A stretch of DNA of 64,000 nucleotides, taken from assembly GCA_030295235.1 (NCBI GenBank), contig AP026123.1, forward strand, positions 1,612,001 to 1,676,000, in the 5' to 3' direction. The notes beneath the pieces were generated by a model. That model saw nothing but the letters and a program-made list of their open reading frames with translations. It ran no database searches and had not been told where the DNA came from. The stretch's first letter is position 1, and each line of letters begins with the position of its first letter. Made by a program: the position numbers and the translations under genes. The DNA is from Fistulifera solaris. Lineage: Eukaryota. Shown one piece after another: positions 58,655 through 64,000 of the stretch.

Positions 58655-60259
58655 TTAATATCGTTTTACTTTTTTCGACTGCTTTGACGTGAAATTCGTG
58701 TAATCTAGCTCGAGATAATACGTCTCTTTCATGGGCTGTCCTGTTGCCGGGTCGTTGGTTCGTTCTTCATGCAGCTTCATCTTGTAATGTGTTTGATCGG
58801 GGGTCGGGTTGGAATGATCTATGAAAAATTGTTCCACGCGCAAACGATCTTCGCTCGATAATCGATTCGATTTATTTTCAAGCAATGACCGCCAGTCTTG
58901 TTGCCGGTGATGTCCTCCAGAAGGCTTATCGGAAGCAGGTGCCTTCTCTGGGGATTCAGCTTTCAGTGCAGCCTGCGTCGTTGTCGCAGCAGCCGGTACA
59001 GCAGTTGCGACCGGAACATCTCCAGTCTTCTCCGTTGACGCCGACATGGCCTCGTCAGAATTACCACGGACTGCCGTTGCGTCACTTTCCCTTTTCGCTA
59101 ATTTTGCACTATCACTCCCGAGTATTTCTGCTTTTCGTTTCCGGCCAGGTTTACCTTGTTGTGGCGTCAATGCTTGTTGTTGCAGCTGCTGATTGGTCGA
59201 CAAAGCATTCGCTTCCTCGTCGTCAACCATTTTCATTCGTGATCGCGCTGCCGTGCCTTGCATAGCTCGACCTCTCACTCCCGCCACGGTACTTCCGGCA
59301 ATAAGCGTTGTGGTTCTGCCAGTTGCCCCCGCCATCCGACCCCGGCCCTTCCCTACCAGCGCTTGAGCTCCACCGGCTCGCCGTTGATGCAAAACAGTTT
59401 TAGCCATGACAGCTGCGGGCTTTTTGGAAGTTATAAACATGGAAGACTTGGGTCGTTGTACGCCCGCAGTGAACTTGTTGTTCGACGATGTAGAACGGAA
59501 TCCTGGAAAGGTTGGTGTCAGAGTCTCTTTGACTGCTACTGGATTTGTTTCGTTGGCAATGGCTCCCATTCCAGGGATGGTTTCGTGCTCTTTTTCTTCC
59601 TGGGCTTTTAACGCATCCTGTTTCGCGTCCATCGTTAGTAAATCGGAAGAACGGTTCACCGTAAAGTGCCCATGCTCTTTCGGAAAAATATGCTCGATCA
59701 TTTCCGGTTTCAGCAAGGCATATCGAAATGGAGCGAACATAGGATTTGCGTCCGCCTGAAGACGAGGCTGTTCAATCGCGTCCACACCTTCGGTGCTTTT
59801 CTCCACCTGTTGCACAGAATCAATGATAGCATTGCATGTCTTTTCTAATAAATCATTCGCCTCCTCTCCCCGACATGATCTCCGGCATTCATGTGAATCT
59901 TCTCCTTCCTCGTGAAACATGATGCCCTGTATCAGGCCCGCTATGACACGAACCCACTCTTCATGTTTGGGGGATTCTTGGGCATCCGTCAAAATCGCGT
60001 CAATTTGCGCATCCAGCTCACCGTGGTCCGGGTCAAATCCTAGCAAGCCTATCAGTATACGCAGCTTTGTTATTTTGTCGGTGCGATGCAGAACTTGCGC
60101 TAATCGTTCCAGAAATTCGACCGGCGCCGAATCATCCTCCGGCTTGCGCAGGCCGACGGTTTGGGCTGTTTTGGTGAGTTCTAAAGACGAAAATGGTCCG
60201 CGGAGCTTTAGTTCGACGGTCGTTAGAAAGGCGTCGAGATCTTCTGCTGGATTTGCCAT
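58655..60259 (-). CDS. NELFA: Negative elongation factor A-like protein
   Basis: N-terminal TKLRILIGLL, EWVRVIAGLI and P..YALLK....HFTV; low-complexity middle; C-terminal LSSEDRLRVEQF..NPTP...MKLHEE...LELDY...KK. Confidence 0.75.
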   Translation of the reverse strand: MANPAEDLDAFLTTVELKLRGPFSSLELTKTAQTVGLRKPEDDSAPVEFLERLAQVLHRTDKITKLRILIGLLGFDPDHGELDAQIDAILTDAQESPKHEEWVRVIAGLIQGIMFHEEGEDSHECRRSCRGEEANDLLEKTCNAIIDSVQQVEKSTEGVDAIEQPRLQADANPMFAPFRYALLKPEMIEHIFPKEHGHFTVNRSSDLLTMDAKQDALKAQEEKEHETIPGMGAIANETNPVAVKETLTPTFPGFRSTSSNNKFTAGVQRPKSSMFITSKKPAAVMAKTVLHQRRAGGAQALVGKGRGRMAGATGRTTTLIAGSTVAGVRGRAMQGTAARSRMKMVDDEEANALSTNQQLQQQALTPQQGKPGRKRKAEILGSDSAKLAKRESDATAVRGNSDEAMSASTEKTGDVPVATAVPAAATTTQAALKAESPEKAPASDKPSGGHHRQQDWRSLLENKSNRLSSEDRLRVEQFFIDHSNPTPDQTHYKMKLHEERTNDPATGQPMKETYYLELDYTNFTSKQSKKVKRY

Positions 60260-60944
60260 GTTTTAATCAAAGGTAACATTTATTTAACACAAAATGGTTT
60301 TATATTGACTTGATGATCGATCGAAATAAAAATGCGCGTCTTTTCCCATTACTGGTATTTGTTGTCGTCATGTCAACGCATCGTACCGGTACTGGGTAAA
60401 GTATACGACCGAAAGTTGAAATCAAACGAACTCGCATGACAATAGACTACCTAAGGTGTCTAATCAACTTTTGCTTCACTTATTAATGAATCCTCCGTTG
60501 GTTTTCATGCAATACTGCATATCCATGATTGCAAAAAATTTTCGCTTGTCAACAGCTGTCAATTCCTCCAATACTTACGGATGCAATGACTGTCAACTCA
60601 AAGTAAAAGTTTGGATACATCCCGGCTCCACGCAGATTCAAATGGGAGCTCAAAGCTAACGAGGACAGCGCTCGCTCGTCCACTCTTTTGGGTGATAATT
60701 GTTGACCGCTATTGCGCAAAGAAGAGGTATTAGATGCCATATGCTTTGAGCCAGCATTATACTGGCGTAGATTTGAAATGCTAGGCACTCTTGGAGTGGA
60801 TTAAAGTGCGCCGAACGCTTCTTCACGAACTCCAAAATAAAGTGAGAGGGAGCAGTAATGCTCTTAATGACAACCTAGCGCAGTTAGGAGTTAGGACATC
60901 AATGGCAAGATAAAGATCGAAAAATGAATTACTCCTATGGTTCT

Positions 60945-60994
60945 TGCACCATCCGAGAATCGAACTCGGAGCTCGACGATGGCAACGTCGAATT
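60945..60994 (-). pseudogene. 3' half (anticodon arm, T arm, acceptor strand) of a second tRNA-Gly(GCC) isodecoder
   Basis: Reverse complement reads AAAATTCGACGTTGCCATCGTCGAGCTCCGAGTTCGATTCTCGGATGGTGCA. The 5' acceptor strand and D arm are absent. Confidence 0.85.
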
Positions 60995-61054
60995 TTTGTC
61001 TGAAACAAAAATAAGAAAATGAAATTTTTGTCTGAAACAAAAATAAGAAAATGA
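60991..61054. repeat. Exact 32-bp tandem duplication between the tRNA half and the full tRNA
   Basis: AATTTTTGTCTGAAACAAAAATAAGAAAATGA at 60991-61022 and 61023-61054. Confidence 0.9.
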
Positions 61055-61061
61055 AACGCAG

Positions 61062-61132
61062 TGCAGCATCCGAGAATCGAACTCGGGGCACGACGATGGC
61101 AACGTCGTATGTTACCATTACACCAATGCTGC
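61062..61132 (-). tRNA. tRNA-Gly (anticodon GCC)
   Basis: Reverse complement GCAGCATTGGTGTAATGGTAACATACGACGTTGCCATCGTCGTGCCCCGAGTTCGATTCTCGGATGCTGCA folds as a 71-nt cloverleaf with GTTCGA T-loop and a downstream T-run. Confidence 0.96.
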
Positions 61133-61728
61133 GTTTCTCGACGAATCTTCAAAACAAAATAAGTACGATGAGTAAAAGGTACGGTACTGGTAGGTCTCTA
61201 AGGTTATGATGGCTTACAAAATCAATAAATTATTTTCCGTGTCACGGTAACGCGGAGAGAATCATTGTAAATGCCAGCGAGTTCTTGTTTTGATTCTGAT
61301 TCCGACGGTGGTTTTGGTGTGTTCGAATTCAACGGCAGCCGAGAGAAATGGATGGTTGAAAATGAATAACTCTTACCCTTATAGTGGTGTGGAACCGAGA
61401 ATCTGTTGTACACTTAGAGAGATACTATTAATCACGGACGGACTCCGTCTGTTAGTATAACCAGTATTCTGAGTACCGCTTGCATACCGGATCGTTGAAA
61501 CTCGTCTGTGATGCGTCAGTCGTCTTTCTGGGTTATGGGCTTGACGACAGACACCACGAAAAAATCTTGCAAAACGCGCCATCGAAGATCGAGCATCGAG
61601 CATCAAGCATCGAGCCATTCATTTTTTCATAAACATCTTTCCCATCACAGTCACTCTCTTTCTTTCGGAATAACAAGCACGAGCTACATTCGCTCTGCAA
61701 CAGTTCCTCTGAATACAATGTCGATGAG

Positions 61729-64000
61729 ATGAAATTTAACTACAAGCTTCAAAGATTATGCGGTGCTTATTACGGTTGTCCGACGGGTGAAGGAGGTTCG
61801 AATGTCGTTTATGATTCAACCGGTAATTCGTTAATTTCGGCAGTAACGAACCGCATTCAGGTCCTCAACTTGCAATCCCACACCGTCAGGACATTGCCGA
61901 TTGAAGCTCGATCGAACATTCGCTTTCTCGCGCTATCGAAGGATGATTCTTTGTTGATCGCGGTCGATGTTTTGAACTATGCTCTGCTCATCAGTTTTCA
62001 CAGAGGAATTGTGCTGCATCGATTCAAGTTTTCCGAGCGCGTCCGGCACATGGCGTTTAGTCCAGCCAGCTCGTCTTATCTTGCCGTCACGCACGGCAAA
62101 CATGTTCAGGTTTGGTGTACCCCTCGCATGCAAAAGGAGTTGACTCCTTTAGTGCTTCATCGCACGTACACGGGTCTGGGAGACGATGTTACCTGCTTGG
62201 CTTGGTCACCTGATGAGTCTGTTCTCGCCGCCGGAAGTCGCGATTGTTCTATTCGCATCTGGACGCTGCATTCTACTTTGAATTACGAGCCGGTCACACT
62301 AGCGGGACACAAGAGGGCCATCGTCGGACTGTATCTGCTGGCTTCTGGTGACCGAGTCCGCACATGCTATTCCGTCAGCGAAGACGGTGCGCTTGTTACT
62401 TGGGAGTGCGAATACAATGATGATGAATCAATTCAAGTTGAAGACATGGATACGACGGATGACTACGATGCTGTCGGCTTCTTCACGGGAGGCACTGCTC
62501 CCGCTCCTGAAGAATCCAAGAACACGTCTTCTTTTACAAACGCCGAACATCTTGTCAAGGGAACTTGGAAAGTGAAGAATCGACATTACTTCAATCAAGA
62601 CAATGCCATCGTATCTACAGTTTCCTATTCGGAGCGTGGTCAGATATTGGCAGTTGGCTTCTCTTCTGGACTGTTCGGGCTTTACGAAATGCCTTCCGCT
62701 GCGAATCTACACACCTTGTCGATCGGCTCCAATCAGCTCATTCGGGCATCTGCTCTGAATTACTCTGGTGAATGGTTAGCACTCGCGTGTCCCAAGTCAC
62801 AGCAGTTACTGGTATGGGAATGGCGATCAGAAACGTACGTGCTGAAGCAAAGAGGTCATGCTTACGGAATGCGTTGCATGGCGTACTCTCCTGATGGAGT
62901 GATTCTTTGCACTGGAGGAGAAGATGGAAAGATCAAGCTGTGGAATGCAACATCGGGATTCTGTTACGTCACCCTCGAACAAAATCATACTGCACCTGTG
63001 ACAGCTGTCGCTTTTGCGAAAGCAAGCGTCGTTCTTTCTGCGAGTTTGGACGGAACCGTCAGAGCCCACGATTTACATCGATATCGAACGTTTCGTACAC
63101 TGACGACGCCCACTCCTGTGCAGTTTCTCTCGCTGGCGATTGATCCGAGTGGAGAAATCGTCACTGCTGGTAGCACCGATCCTTTTCATATTTATGCTTG
63201 GAACCTACAGACTGGCAAGCTTTTGGATGTTTTTACTGGTCACACTGGTCCTGTTTGCAGCATGGCATTTCAGCCAAGCGGTGGGGTTCTTGTCAGCGCA
63301 TCTTGGGATGGTACAGTCAAATTGTGGGACTTGTACAAAAGGAACATTGCGACAGAAAGTCTTCAGCACACGGCAGACGTGGTTTGCGTCGCTTGTCGTC
63401 CCGACGGCAAAGAAATATGCTCAGGTACAACGGGTGGTATGCTATGCATCTGGGATGTAGAGACTGGGCGTCTAAAATACGAGATCGATGGACGCCGAGA
63501 TATTTCCGGTGGTCGAAAGATGAACGACCGCATGACGGCTGACAACAATGCCGCCGGTCGATATTTTACGTCCGTTTGCTACTCTGCGGATGGGTCTTTC
63601 ATACTAGCGGGTGGAAACTCAAAATATGTATGCATTTATGAGCTTTCTCAGCAAATTTTGCTCAAAAAGTTTCAAGTTACATTCAATCGAAGCTTGGACG
63701 GGGTTCTTGACGAGGTACGTTCCGTTTTGCATTTTGACATTGGTAGGCAGTGAGGGTCGGCAAAAGAGATCGCCATGATGATGAACTTCCCATAAACGTT
63801 CGCAGATTGCGTCGACGGTAGAGACACCAGTGGGTCAAAATAACTTCCTTGGATGTCTGAGCGATTTCTTCGACCGGAAACTTTTTATTTGTGTCAATTA
63901 TAATCGCCGTTTTTCTCACGCGCTTCTCGTTTGTTTCCTGCAGCTGAATTCTAAGAATTTAGGCCCTGCGGGTCCAATTGATGATCACGCAGATCCTGAC
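61729..64000 (+). CDS. PWP2: Periodic tryptophan protein 2 (UTP1), WD40 SSU-processome subunit; runs off the window
   Basis: QLLVWEWRSETYVLKQRGH, SLDGTVRAHDLHRYRTFRT, IDGRRDISGGR and NRSLDGVLDE|LNSKN. Intron at about 63715-63943. Confidence 0.96.

Noticed and set aside
61295..61345. tRNA-like GTTCGAAT sequence
   Set aside because: It cannot be folded into a cloverleaf; there is no matching acceptor or anticodon stem.
61589..61616. Short 7-bp tandem repeats (TCGAGCA x~4; also GACTCAT at 29722 and GTCAAGT at 47706)
   Set aside because: Only 2-4 copies each, consistent with ordinary slippage.
2845..63548. Numerous antisense or alternative-frame ORFs of 60-210 aa in the ORF track
   Set aside because: They shadow well-supported genes on the other strand or frame and have no motifs of their own.

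Overview
Gene-dense eukaryotic nuclear DNA, most consistent with a pennate diatom (inference from short GT-AG introns, signal peptide + 'AF' plastid-targeting motifs, and a KRE6/SKN1-type GH16). About 33 protein-coding genes and one tRNA-Gly(GCC) plus a half copy are supported. Recognisable genes include FAN1, MMS2/UEV1, eIF4A-III, Tousled-like kinase, CNDP2/DUG1, PWP2, a bestrophin and a D27-like isomerase. Many conserved genes carry 1-bp frameshifts, probably uncorrected long-read errors, so gene boundaries are approximate. The main unexplained signal is non-coding: a bipartite ~55-60 bp element (TTTTACTATAG-N3-AAAGTGTTG-N10-20-CCACGACTG-N4-6-CAGTCATGA, ending in an inverted repeat) found about 15 times, only in intergenic DNA, and often in head-to-tail arrays with a ~190-240 bp period. 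One array abuts a 52-bp doubly palindromic minisatellite upstream of an Hsp40 gene. Notable protein calls are a NELF-A candidate, a SPO16/PTD-like XPF-ERCC1-family protein, a GluTR-like protein lacking its NADPH domain, a tandem pair of membrane-anchored nitrilase-fold proteins, and a RING-TPR-J fusion. All homology calls come from remembered motifs; no searches were run.
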